Assembly: GCA_033813015.1 (NCBI GenBank)
Contig: JAPXSN010000002.1
Location: 1 to 55,038 of the forward strand
Direction: 5' to 3'
Source: Clostridia bacterium
GTDB taxonomy: Bacteria > Bacillota > Clostridia > Christensenellales > CAG-138
Length of the DNA stretch: 55,038 nucleotides
Below are positions 1-8,302 of this stretch, in pieces. The notes below the pieces were generated by a model, which searched no databases, was not told where the DNA came from, and saw only the letters and a list, made by a program, of their open reading frames with translations. Made by a program: the position numbers and the translations under genes. Position 1 is the stretch's first letter, and each line of letters begins with the position of its first letter.

Positions 1-12
1 GTTTATTATATC

Positions 13-240
13 TCAACTAACTCTGGGACTGGTACAAGGATTGGGGGGCAGGTCAACGAGGTAGCGCACCGCCTCGCGCAGCGTCGTGCGGCTGACGCCG
101 AGCTGCTGAGAAAGGTCGTTTTCGTTGGGCAGCTTTTCGCCCGGTGCGAAGGCTTTTTGCAGCACGATCATGCTGTACAGCTCGTTGGCCGTGCGTTCCG
201 ACAGACTGCTGCTTCCGTTTGCCATGCGGGTGCCCTCCAT
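13..240 (-). CDS. GntR-family transcriptional regulator, N-terminal winged-HTH only (75 aa, apparently truncated)
   Basis: The ORF contains a canonical GntR wHTH (KLPNENDLSQQLGVSRTTLREAVRYLV). After about nt 52 the frame runs into unrelated sequence (LPPNPCTSPRVS*). No effector-binding domain follows. Confidence 0.6.
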   Translation of the reverse strand: MEGTRMANGSSSLSERTANELYSMIVLQKAFAPGEKLPNENDLSQQLGVSRTTLREAVRYLVDLPPNPCTSPRVS

Positions 241-305
241 ACATATATTGCGGAATTATACATCATATATTCTTCCGTTTTAAGGCCGCAGCCTGCGTCC
301 TTTGC

Positions 306-332
306 TTGACATAATACATCATATCATATAGT
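306..332 (+). promoter_or_regulatory. Putative sigma-70 promoter of the ptb operon
   Basis: TTGACA at 306-311 and TATAGT at 327-332. The spacer is only 15 nt, so the assignment is tentative. It lies in the AT-rich divergent intergenic region. Confidence 0.3.
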
Positions 333-335
333 CTG

Positions 336-346
336 TTGTCAGACAA
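336..346. promoter_or_regulatory. GntR/FadR-type operator candidate (palindrome TTGTC-A-GACAA)
   Basis: Perfect 5-1-5 palindrome that matches the generic GntR operator pattern TnGTnnnACnA. It sits just downstream of the putative -10 and about 45 nt before the ptb ATG, next to the divergent GntR gene. Confidence 0.4.
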
Positions 347-388
347 ATAATCATATCATAATACATCGAGAGAATTCGGGAGCAACAT

Positions 389-1297
389 ATGACGCTGACT
401 TTGGATGCCCTGACCCGTGCTCGTTACGCCGTAAGACCGGTCGTCGCCGTCGCGGCGGCGCAGGACGCGTGTGTGCTTCATGCGCTTCGCGAGGCGGTGG
501 ATCTTGAACTGTGCGACGCGCTGCTCGTTGGCGACGCGGACGCGATCCGTGACATCGCCGCGCGCGAGGAAATCGACCTTTCCAAAATGGAAATACTCCC
601 CTGCCCCGATGAGAAGGAAAGCTGCAGGAAGGCCGTGCGCCTCGTGCACGACGGCAACGCGCAGGCCGTTATGAAAGGACTCGTGGGCACGGCGACCATA
701 CTTCACGAGGTGCTCGATGCGTACTACGGCCTGAGGAAGAACAAGCTGCTCTCCTACGTGAGCGTCTTCGAGCTGCCCGGCTTCGACAGGCTCATTTATC
801 TGACGGACCCGGCGATGAACATGTACCCCGAGCTTGAGGATAAGAAGCACATTATTGAAAACTCGCTTGAAGTCGCCAAAGCCCTCGGCAACAAGCGCCC
901 CATCGTGGCGTGCCTGTGTGCCATAGAGCATGTCAACCCCAAAATGCGCTGTACGCTGGACGCCGCGGAGCTCGTGCGCATGAACCGCGAGAGCGAAATT
1001 GAGGATTGTATCGTGACGGGCCCGCTCGCGCTGGACAACTGCCTCTACCGCGAGGCGGCTCTCCACAAGGGCATCGAGGACCCATACGCCGGGCGGGCGG
1101 ATATCCTGCTCGCGCCCGAGATAGAAACCGGCAACGCGCTCTACAAATCCTTCGCACTTGTGGCGGGAGCACCGCATGCGGGCGTGCTTGTGGGCGCATC
1201 CGCGCCCGTGATCCTCACAAGCCGTGCGGATGAGCAGAGCACGAAGCTTCGCTCCATAGCCCTTGCGATGCGCATGGCATACGAAAGGATGAGCTGA
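389..1297 (+). CDS. ptb: Phosphate butyryltransferase (phosphate acyltransferase, PTA_PTB family)
   Basis: 302 aa with a full-length Ptb-like sequence (…LLVGDADAIRDIA…, …PVILTSRADEQSTKL…). A GGGAG RBS precedes the ATG. buk follows after a 1-nt gap. Confidence 0.9.
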   Translation: MTLTLDALTRARYAVRPVVAVAAAQDACVLHALREAVDLELCDALLVGDADAIRDIAAREEIDLSKMEILPCPDEKESCRKAVRLVHDGNAQAVMKGLVGTATILHEVLDAYYGLRKNKLLSYVSVFELPGFDRLIYLTDPAMNMYPELEDKKHIIENSLEVAKALGNKRPIVACLCAIEHVNPKMRCTLDAAELVRMNRESEIEDCIVTGPLALDNCLYREAALHKGIEDPYAGRADILLAPEIETGNALYKSFALVAGAPHAGVLVGASAPVILTSRADEQSTKLRSIALAMRMAYERMS

Positions 1298-1298
1298 T

Positions 1299-2366
1299 AT
1301 GGCATATCGCGTGCTGGCCATCAACCCCGGTTCGACCTCGACTAGAATAGCTGTATATGTGGGAGAAACCCCCCTTTTTGAAGTCACTCTCCGGCACAAG
1401 CCCGAGGAGCTGGCGGCCTGCGAGGGCTTCGCGAAATCGCTTGCATTTCGGCAAAGCATCGTATTGCGCGAGCTCGCGGAGCGCGGCGTGCCCACAGGCT
1501 CGCTCGACGCGGTGATTGGCCGGGGCGGCATGCTGCGCCCCATCGAAGGCGGCGTATACGCCGTGAACGAACGCATGCTCGAGGATTTACGCGCGTGCAA
1601 ATGCGGGGAGCACGCCTCCAACCTCGGCGCGTTCCTCGCCGACGACATTGCCGCGAGCGCGAACCTGCCCGCATACATCGCCGACCCGGTCGTGACCGAT
1701 GAGATGTGCGATCTCGCGCGGCTTTCGGGCCACCCGGAGATCGTGCGCGTTTCCGTGTTCCATGCGCTCAACCAAAAGGCCGTAGCGCGGCGCTACTGCC
1801 TCAACAACGGCCTGAAATACGAGGAAATCAGCCTTATCGTCGCCCACATGGGCGGTGGCATCTCAGTAGGCGCGCACGACAAGGGCCGCGTCGTCGACGT
1901 GAATGATGGACTCGGCGGGGACGGCCCATTTAGCGCGCAGCGCTGCGGCGGCTTGCCCGCCAAGGCGCTTGTCCGCCTTTGCCTCAAAAAGAACCTGCCC
2001 GCGGCGGACATGATCCGCGAGCTCAACACGCAGGGGGGTCTGCTCGGCTATCTCGGCACGGACGACGGGCGCGAAGTGCACCGCCGCGCCCTTTCGGGCG
2101 ACGAGCGGGCGCGCCTCGTCTACGAGGGCATGGCCTACCAAGTCGCCAAGGAAATAGGCGCGTGCGCCGCCGCGCTCAAAGGAAACGTCAGTATCATCAT
2201 CCTCACGGGCGGCTTTGCTTATGACGAAATGCTCACGGGTTGGATTATGGAGCGCGTGAGCTTCATCGCAAAGGTCGTCGTCATGCCCGGCGAGGACGAG
2301 ATGCGCGCGCTGTGCGAGGCTGCCTACCGCGCACTTGACGGCGACGAGCCTATCAAGGTATATTAG
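1299..2366 (+). CDS. buk: Butyrate (branched-chain acyl) kinase
   Basis: 355 aa. The N-terminus MAYRVLAINPGSTSTRIAVY is the ASKHA acetate/butyrate kinase signature. The ptb-buk pairing supports the call. Confidence 0.92.
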   Translation: MAYRVLAINPGSTSTRIAVYVGETPLFEVTLRHKPEELAACEGFAKSLAFRQSIVLRELAERGVPTGSLDAVIGRGGMLRPIEGGVYAVNERMLEDLRACKCGEHASNLGAFLADDIAASANLPAYIADPVVTDEMCDLARLSGHPEIVRVSVFHALNQKAVARRYCLNNGLKYEEISLIVAHMGGGISVGAHDKGRVVDVNDGLGGDGPFSAQRCGGLPAKALVRLCLKKNLPAADMIRELNTQGGLLGYLGTDDGREVHRRALSGDERARLVYEGMAYQVAKEIGACAAALKGNVSIIILTGGFAYDEMLTGWIMERVSFIAKVVVMPGEDEMRALCEAAYRALDGDEPIKVY

Positions 2367-2371
2367 GGGAT

Positions 2372-3043
2372 ATGGAAAGCCGACTTACTATCGTAACGGG
2401 TCATTACGGCAGCGGCAAGACGGAGTTTGCGGTGAATTACGCCGTGTTTCTCTCTCGCACCGGACACGCCGTGACACTCGCCGACCTCGACATCGTGAAC
2501 CCCTACTTTTGCTCGCGCGAACGCAAGGCGGAGCTTGAGACCGAGGGCGTGCGGGTCATCCTCTCCCTGGGCGGCAACGCGGATCTTCCCGCCGTCAATC
2601 CAGCCGTGAACGCGCTCTTTGAGCCCGGCGTCTGCGGCGTTATGGACGTCGGCGGCGACCCGTCAGGTGCGCGCGTACTCGGCCGCTTTGCCGCAAGGAT
2701 ACGCGAGACCGATCACGAGCTTCTCTGCGTCGTAAACTTCAACCGCCCGGAAACAGCGACGCCGCAAAAGGCGGAAGCATATCTTCGCGAGATCGAGCGC
2801 AGCGCGAAGCTCAGCGTTACGGGGCTCGTGCACAACACGCACCTGTGCGGCGACACGACGGCGGAGGACGTCATGCGCGGCGCAATTCTCGCGCAGGAAC
2901 TATCCGAGCGAACGGGCATCCCGGTGCGCTTCCACGCGTTCGCGCGCGGGCTGACCAATGCGCTCAGCATCTCCACGGGCGCATTGTTCCCGATGGATAT
3001 TTATATGAAAAAACCCTGGGAAATCGAGCCAACGGAGGAATAA
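2372..3043 (+). CDS. Uncharacterised P-loop NTPase (SIMIBI/GPN-loop-like)
   Basis: 223 aa. Walker A motif GHYGSGKT and a Walker-B-like GVMDVGGDP. It sits between buk and the oxidoreductase delta subunit with gaps of 5 nt each. Confidence 0.6.
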   Translation: MESRLTIVTGHYGSGKTEFAVNYAVFLSRTGHAVTLADLDIVNPYFCSRERKAELETEGVRVILSLGGNADLPAVNPAVNALFEPGVCGVMDVGGDPSGARVLGRFAARIRETDHELLCVVNFNRPETATPQKAEAYLREIERSAKLSVTGLVHNTHLCGDTTAEDVMRGAILAQELSERTGIPVRFHAFARGLTNALSISTGALFPMDIYMKKPWEIEPTEE

Positions 3044-3048
3044 ACGGC

Positions 3049-3258
3049 ATGGCAGGAAAAGTGAGCTTCGACCGGAACCGCTGCAAGGGCTGCGAGCTGT
3101 GCGTCGCCGTATGTCCCAAGCACATCATCGCGCTGGACGCTTCCACCAACGTCAAGGGCTACCACCCCGCGAGCGTGGAGCGCATGGAGGAATGCACGGC
3201 CTGTGCCTCCTGCGCACGCATGTGCCCCGACAGCGTCATTACCGTGGAAAGGGTGTGA
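3049..3258 (+). CDS. 2-oxoacid:ferredoxin oxidoreductase delta subunit (2x[4Fe-4S] ferredoxin)
   Basis: 69 aa starting at the internal ATG of ORF 2845..3258. Two cysteine clusters are present: CKGCELCVAVCP and CTACASCARMCP. Confidence 0.85.
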   Translation: MAGKVSFDRNRCKGCELCVAVCPKHIIALDASTNVKGYHPASVERMEECTACASCARMCPDSVITVERV

Positions 3259-3263
3259 GGAAC

Positions 3264-4334
3264 ATGGCAAAGGAACTCTGGAAGGGAAACGAGGCGGTCG
3301 CCGAAGCCGCCATCCGCGCGGGCTGCCGCTATTTCTTCGGCTACCCGATCACGCCGCAGAACGAGATACCCGAGTATCTCTCCCGCCACCTGCCCGAGCA
3401 CGGCGGCTGTTTCGTGCAGGCGGAAAGCGAGATTGCGGCCATCAATATGGTCTACGGTGCTGCGGGCGCGGGCGCGCGCGTGATGACCTCCTCCTCCTCC
3501 CCCGGCATCAGCCTCAAGCAGGAAGGCATCACCTATATTGCCTGCGCGGAACTGCCCGCGGTCATCATCAACATGATGCGCGGCGGGCCGGGCCTAGGCA
3601 ACATTGCGCCCTCTCAAGCGGATTATTTTCAGGCGACGCGCGGCGGCGGCAACGGGGATTACCGTACTGTCGTGCTCGCGCCCGCGACCATACAGGAGGC
3701 CGCGGATTTCACGCAGGAGGCCTTCGACATTGCGGATTATTACCGCACGCCCGTCGTGGTGCTCGCAGACGGCATGATCGGCCAGATGATGGAGGCCATA
3801 GAGTGGAGAAAGCCCATGGAGCGCAACCTGCCGCCTAAGGACTGGGCGACCGACGGCTCCAAGGGCAAGCGGCCGCACAACGTGATCAACTCTCTTTTCA
3901 TCGACGCGAAGGACTGCACCGTACAGAACAGGAAGCTGCAGGAAAAATACGACCGTATTACGGAAAACGAAATCCGCTACGAGGAGTTCATGGCCGACGA
4001 TGCGGCGATCCTCTTCGTTGCCTACGGCACCACCGCGCGCATCGCGCGCGCCGCCGTGCTCAACCTTCGAAAGAACGGCGTTAAGGCGGGGTTGTTCCGC
4101 CCCGTCACGCTTTGGCCCTTTCCCGAGAAAGCGCTCCACGATTGTGCGGCGAGGGGGAGCGTCAAGGCCGTCATCGACGTGGAACTGAGCATGGGTCAGA
4201 TGATCGACGACGTGAAGATCGCGCTAAGCGGCATAAAGCCCGTCCGTTTTGTCGGGACGGGCGGCGGCACGATTCCTGTACCGCAAGATCTCATCGATGA
4301 GGCGTACAAGGCTTTGGGGAGGTGCGAAAAATGA
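3264..4334 (+). CDS. 2-oxoacid (likely 2-oxoisovalerate):ferredoxin oxidoreductase alpha subunit (VorB/KorA type)
   Basis: The N-terminus MAKELWKGNEAVAEAAIRAGCRYFFGYPITPQNEI is the typical OFOR alpha N-terminus. The start is the 56th codon of ORF 3099..4334. Confidence 0.88.
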   Translation: MAKELWKGNEAVAEAAIRAGCRYFFGYPITPQNEIPEYLSRHLPEHGGCFVQAESEIAAINMVYGAAGAGARVMTSSSSPGISLKQEGITYIACAELPAVIINMMRGGPGLGNIAPSQADYFQATRGGGNGDYRTVVLAPATIQEAADFTQEAFDIADYYRTPVVVLADGMIGQMMEAIEWRKPMERNLPPKDWATDGSKGKRPHNVINSLFIDAKDCTVQNRKLQEKYDRITENEIRYEEFMADDAAILFVAYGTTARIARAAVLNLRKNGVKAGLFRPVTLWPFPEKALHDCAARGSVKAVIDVELSMGQMIDDVKIALSGIKPVRFVGTGGGTIPVPQDLIDEAYKALGRCEK

Positions 4335-5077
4335 GCATCGTCTATCAGAAATCAAAGGGGCTTACCGACGCCGAGATGCACTATTGTCCCGGCTGCACGC
4401 ACGGCGTGGTACATAAGCTCGTGGCCGAAGCGCTCGAGGAGCTGAATCTCGTGGGCACCGCCGTGGGCGTCGCCCCGGTAGGCTGCTCGGTATTTGCTTA
4501 CAACTACTTCGCCTGCGATATGCACGAGGCCGCGCACGGGCGCGCGCCCGCCGTTGCCACGGGCATCAAGCGCGTACATCCCGAGCTTGCCGTGTTCACC
4601 TACCAGGGGGACGGTGACCTCGCGGCCATCGGCACGGCTGAGATTGTCCACGCGGCCATGCGCGGGGAGAAAATCACGACTGTGTTCGTCAACAACGCCA
4701 TTTACGGCATGACGGGCGGCCAGATGGCGCCGACCACACTCGTGGGTCAGAAGGCAACGACCGCGCCCTTCGGCCGACAGAAGGAGCACTACGGATCCCC
4801 CATTCGCATGGCGGAACTGCTTTCGACCATAGACGGCTGCGTTTACGCGGAGCGTGTGGCGGCCGTGGACGTGCCCAACATACTCAAAGCGAAAAAGGCC
4901 ATCAAAAAAGCGTTCCAACTCCAGAAGGCAGGCGCGGGCTTCACCTTCGTCGAGGTTCTTTCGACCTGCCCGACCAATTGGGGTTTAACGCCGCTCGAAG
5001 CCATCGCGTGGCTCAAGGCGAACATGATCCCGTACTTCCCGCTTGGCGTGTATGCGGACAGATCGGAGGCGAAGTAG
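4331..5077 (+). CDS. 2-oxoacid:ferredoxin oxidoreductase beta subunit (TPP-binding)
   Basis: Contains YCPGCTHG and the TPP motif GDGDLAAIG…VNNAIYGMTGGQ. The ATG at 4331 overlaps the alpha subunit stop (ATGA) and follows a GGGGAGG RBS. Confidence 0.88.
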   Translation: MSIVYQKSKGLTDAEMHYCPGCTHGVVHKLVAEALEELNLVGTAVGVAPVGCSVFAYNYFACDMHEAAHGRAPAVATGIKRVHPELAVFTYQGDGDLAAIGTAEIVHAAMRGEKITTVFVNNAIYGMTGGQMAPTTLVGQKATTAPFGRQKEHYGSPIRMAELLSTIDGCVYAERVAAVDVPNILKAKKAIKKAFQLQKAGAGFTFVEVLSTCPTNWGLTPLEAIAWLKANMIPYFPLGVYADRSEAK

Positions 5078-5078
5078 C

Positions 5079-5621
5079 ATGCCGCACGAGATCGTCATTT
5101 CAGGCTTCGGCGGGCAGGGCGTTATGGCCATGGGCAAGACCTTGGCCGAGGCGGGCATGAAGGAAGGGCTTTCCGTGAGCTGGCTGCCCAGCTACGGCCC
5201 GGAGATGCGCGGCGGCACGGCCAACTGCTCCGTGGTTTTGAGCGAGGCGGAGATCATCTCCCCCATGGTGCAGAACCCGACCGAGCTCATCGCCATGAAC
5301 AAGCCCTCGCTCGTGAAGTTTGAGCCGCTGATGGTGCCGGGCGGAAAGCTCTTTGTCAACAGCAGCATCATCGAGCTCAAGGCTTCGCGGCAGGACATCG
5401 CGACATATTACATCCCCTGCCTCTCCATCGCGGATGAGCTGGGCAACATCAAAGTCGCCAACATGGTCATGCTCGGCGCGTACATCGGCGCGACGGGCCT
5501 GCTCAAGACCGAAACCATACGCGAGATGCTCGCGCATATGTTCACGGGTTCTAAGGCGGCGCTCGTGGAGCTCAATATCGAGGCGCTGCGCCGGGGCGCG
5601 GCGTGCGTTAAGGAGGCGTAA
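5079..5621 (+). CDS. 2-oxoacid:ferredoxin oxidoreductase gamma subunit
   Basis: MPHEIVISGFGGQGVMAMGKTLAEAG…SYGPEMRGGTANCSV is the canonical OFOR gamma signature. Confidence 0.88.
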   Translation: MPHEIVISGFGGQGVMAMGKTLAEAGMKEGLSVSWLPSYGPEMRGGTANCSVVLSEAEIISPMVQNPTELIAMNKPSLVKFEPLMVPGGKLFVNSSIIELKASRQDIATYYIPCLSIADELGNIKVANMVMLGAYIGATGLLKTETIREMLAHMFTGSKAALVELNIEALRRGAACVKEA

Positions 5622-5623
5622 CC

Positions 5624-6700
5624 ATGGAAATCCCCATTACACGTACTGCCTCGCCCAAAGCGAAGTTTACGGATGAGAGCAAACTCGGCTTCGGCGTCGT
5701 GTTCACAGACCACATGTTCATCGCCAACCACGACGAGGAGCGCGGCTGGTATGACCCGCGCATCGTACCCTATCAGCCGCTTGCCATCGACCCGGCCTCG
5801 CCCGTGCTGCACTATTCCATCGAGATTTTCGAGGGCCTAAAGGCGTATCTCTACGAGGACGGCGAGGTGGGCCTGTTCCGCCCCGAAGAGAATGCCAAGC
5901 GCATGAACCGCAGCGCATACCGCATGTGCCTGCCCCCCATCGACGAGCAGTTGCAGCTTGACGCCATCGAAACCCTCGTGGATCTCGAGCGGGACTGGAT
6001 GCCGCACACGCCGGGCACCGCGCTCTACCTTCGCCCGACGATGATCGGCGACGGTTGCAGGCTGGGCGTGCACTCCGCGCAGAAGCACATCTTTTTCATC
6101 ATCTGCTCCCCATCGGGCGCGTACTATCCCAACGGCATCAAGCCCGTGCGCATCCACATCGAAGATGCGTATGTGCGCTCGGTACGCGGCGGCACAGGCA
6201 ACGCCAAGACGGGCGGCAACTACGCAGCGAGCCTGCGCGCGGCGAGCATCGCCAGAGAAAAGGGCTTCGACCAAGTGCTTTGGCTTGACGGGCGCGAGAA
6301 CCGCTATATTGAAGAAGTCGGCGCCATGAACACGATGTTCGTCATCGACGGCGTGCTCACCACCCCCGCCATCAACGGCAGCATACTCGAGGGCATCACG
6401 CGCATGAGCGTGCTCGAGCTTGCCGATGAGTTCAGCCTCAAGGTATGCGAGCGTGCAATCCCAGTCGACGAGCTGTTCGAGGCAAGCCGCGCAGGCGCGC
6501 TGACAGAAGCCTTCGGTACAGGTACGGCGGCGGTCATATCCCCCATCGGCGAGCTCGAATACAAGGGCAAGGCCATTTACCTCGGCGACGAGATCGGCCC
6601 CGTCGCAAAGCGCATGTACGACACGCTCACAGGCATACAAAGCGGTCGCTTGGCTGATTCCCGCGGCTGGACGCGCATCGTGCCCGGAAAGGGCCGCTGA
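5624..6700 (+). CDS. ilvE: Branched-chain amino acid aminotransferase
   Basis: 358 aa, fold-type IV PLP aminotransferase (…YLRPTMIG…, …GTGNAKTGGNYAASL…). An AGGAGG RBS precedes the start. Confidence 0.9.
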   Translation: MEIPITRTASPKAKFTDESKLGFGVVFTDHMFIANHDEERGWYDPRIVPYQPLAIDPASPVLHYSIEIFEGLKAYLYEDGEVGLFRPEENAKRMNRSAYRMCLPPIDEQLQLDAIETLVDLERDWMPHTPGTALYLRPTMIGDGCRLGVHSAQKHIFFIICSPSGAYYPNGIKPVRIHIEDAYVRSVRGGTGNAKTGGNYAASLRAASIAREKGFDQVLWLDGRENRYIEEVGAMNTMFVIDGVLTTPAINGSILEGITRMSVLELADEFSLKVCERAIPVDELFEASRAGALTEAFGTGTAAVISPIGELEYKGKAIYLGDEIGPVAKRMYDTLTGIQSGRLADSRGWTRIVPGKGR

Positions 6701-6724
6701 AATTCGCGATCTAATCAACAACTA

Positions 6725-6753
6725 CGCGGGCCGTCCGGAATGGACGGCCCGCG
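6725..6753. terminator. Bidirectional stem-loop between convergent ilvE and the FAD oxidase gene
   Basis: A perfect 11-12 bp GC stem, CGCGGGCCGTCC / GGACGGCCCGCG, around the loop GGAAT. A second, weaker hairpin (CATAAAAG…CTTTTATG) follows at about 6762-6792. Confidence 0.6.
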
Positions 6754-6808
6754 CCGACTATCATAAAAGTCCGCATAAGCAGGGCTTTTATGCTTTAGTC
6801 TCACATTG

Positions 6809-8230
6809 TCAGCCGCCCATGAGCCCTGACGGATCAAAAAAAGCCGCGAGCGCGCGCATGCGTTCCCCGCGCCGCTTGCGCGAGGGCGAATCGTCCCACG
6901 GGCGCAGTAGTTTGCCCTCCCCGTATTCGGGCGTGCGCACTTCTCCGAATCTTTCAGCCGTTTGGACGAAATCGCGGAGTAGCTCTATGCATTTCCCGCG
7001 ATCGCCTTCTCCGCGCGGGCAAAGCGAAATATGGAGCCGATTTTCAAACAAATGGCCGTATATCGCGCCGTTAAGCCCGCCTTGCAATATTCCCTGACAA
7101 TATGCGCTCAAGCTTTCGGCAAAGCGCGCCGGTTCTGCCGAGAAGCAGGCATTGAGCCTGCGCCCTCCCTGCGTGTCCGGCCGAGAATGGAGGGCCTCCA
7201 CAAGCCTGTGCCGCATATCGCGCAGCCTTTTTACGGCGAGGCCGTTCTGCGCCCAAGTGTCCTCGCCGTTCCCGCCCGCCTGCGCAAGCAGCCCGAGCAG
7301 CGCCTCGAGCATGCCTTCGAGCGCGCTGGAAGCGTCGCCGCGAAGCTCGACATAGAGCGCGGCCCGCGCGGCTTTCGGGAAAGTGGGGAGACCTGAGCGC
7401 GAGTCGCCTTCCTCGCCGCCAAGAGCGATCAGTTCCAGCGCACGGCCGTTGAAGTATTCGCAGGCGAACAGCCATTCCGCGTGTGATTCCCGCCATTCGT
7501 AAAGCCGCCGCGCAAAGGCGAGCGCAGCATCGTCATCCCCAAAGAAAAACACGATGCCCCAGCGCTGCGCATACTCAGGCAGAGCCAGCAATCGGAAATC
7601 TGCTGCAATGCCCAGCCGCCCCTCGCTGCCGGAAAGAAAATCAATGAGATCGTCGCCCTCGTCCATACCGGCGAGGCTTCTATCCAAACGCCGCCCGTCG
7701 GGCAGCAGGCAGTCCGTTTCGCCAAAGCGGTATTCTCCCTTGGCGATGCTCCATATTTCACCCGCGGGCGTCACCCAAGTCAAAGCTTCGACGAAGCTGC
7801 TCATGCGCCCGAAGCGAAGTCCACCCAGCCCCGAAGCAGCGGTCGCGTACACGCCGCCGATCGTCGCCGACGTTTCGGTGGGGTCGGGCGGGAAGAACAT
7901 GCCGCAGGAAGTCGCCTCTGCCTCGATTTGCGCGAGCGCGACGCCCGCTTGCGCGTAAAGTAGCGCACGGCCGTTGCTCCAGGTCAGTTCCGGCGCTTCA
8001 GTCATGCGCGTTAGGCTGATCACCAGGCCGCCCTGCGGCACAGCTCCGCCCGCAAGTCCCGTGCGTGCGCCCTGAATTGTAACGCGGCCTCCGTCCTGCG
8101 CGGCCTGCCGGAGCGCTTGGGAAAGCTCCGCCGCGCTTTTGGGAAAAACGATCGCCTCCGCGTGGCCCGAAAGCCGCGATTCATCGCTCAGATACCCTTC
8201 GTATTTGGGAAAAACCGGTTCAGGCCCCAC
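6809..8230 (-). CDS. FAD-binding oxidoreductase (GlcD / D-lactate dehydrogenase-like, PCMH FAD domain)
   Basis: Contains the FAD-linked oxidase motif AIVFPKSAAELSQALRQAAQDGGRVTIQGARTGLAGGAVP. The preferred start is GTG 8230, 7 nt after GGAGGGTGG. The ORF-track ATG at 8290 has no spaced RBS and lies in a hairpin loop. Confidence 0.8.
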   Translation of the reverse strand: MGPEPVFPKYEGYLSDESRLSGHAEAIVFPKSAAELSQALRQAAQDGGRVTIQGARTGLAGGAVPQGGLVISLTRMTEAPELTWSNGRALLYAQAGVALAQIEAEATSCGMFFPPDPTETSATIGGVYATAASGLGGLRFGRMSSFVEALTWVTPAGEIWSIAKGEYRFGETDCLLPDGRRLDRSLAGMDEGDDLIDFLSGSEGRLGIAADFRLLALPEYAQRWGIVFFFGDDDAALAFARRLYEWRESHAEWLFACEYFNGRALELIALGGEEGDSRSGLPTFPKAARAALYVELRGDASSALEGMLEALLGLLAQAGGNGEDTWAQNGLAVKRLRDMRHRLVEALHSRPDTQGGRRLNACFSAEPARFAESLSAYCQGILQGGLNGAIYGHLFENRLHISLCPRGEGDRGKCIELLRDFVQTAERFGEVRTPEYGEGKLLRPWDDSPSRKRRGERMRALAAFFDPSGLMGG

Positions 8231-8274
8231 GCTCCACCCTCCGTTTCGACAACATCCGAAAATCTGCTTTCGTT

Positions 8275-8302
8275 GGAAAAACCGCCGCATTCCCCGGCGG
8301 TT
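8275..8302 (-). terminator. Terminator-like hairpin plus U-run (or 5'-terminal mRNA hairpin) upstream of the FAD oxidase gene
   Basis: Minus strand reads ACCGCCG-GGGAATG-CGGCGGT-TTTTCC. It is preceded by an extended -10-like TGTTAGAAT (plus-strand 8309-8317). Confidence 0.4.

Noticed and set aside
356-1771. A 471-aa minus-strand ORF antisense to ptb/buk. Similar long antisense or off-frame ORFs occur elsewhere: 12663-13883, 19346-20656, 21446-22315, 24517-25668, 32234-33163, 36666-37304, 37268-38200, 41823-42938, 43272-44273, 46467-47483 and 48994-50976.
   Set aside because: They are Arg/Ala/Gly/Pro/His-rich, low-complexity translations with no recognisable motifs. They fully overlap genes whose products have clear family signatures. 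This is the expected stop-codon-poor shadow-frame artefact of GC-rich DNA.
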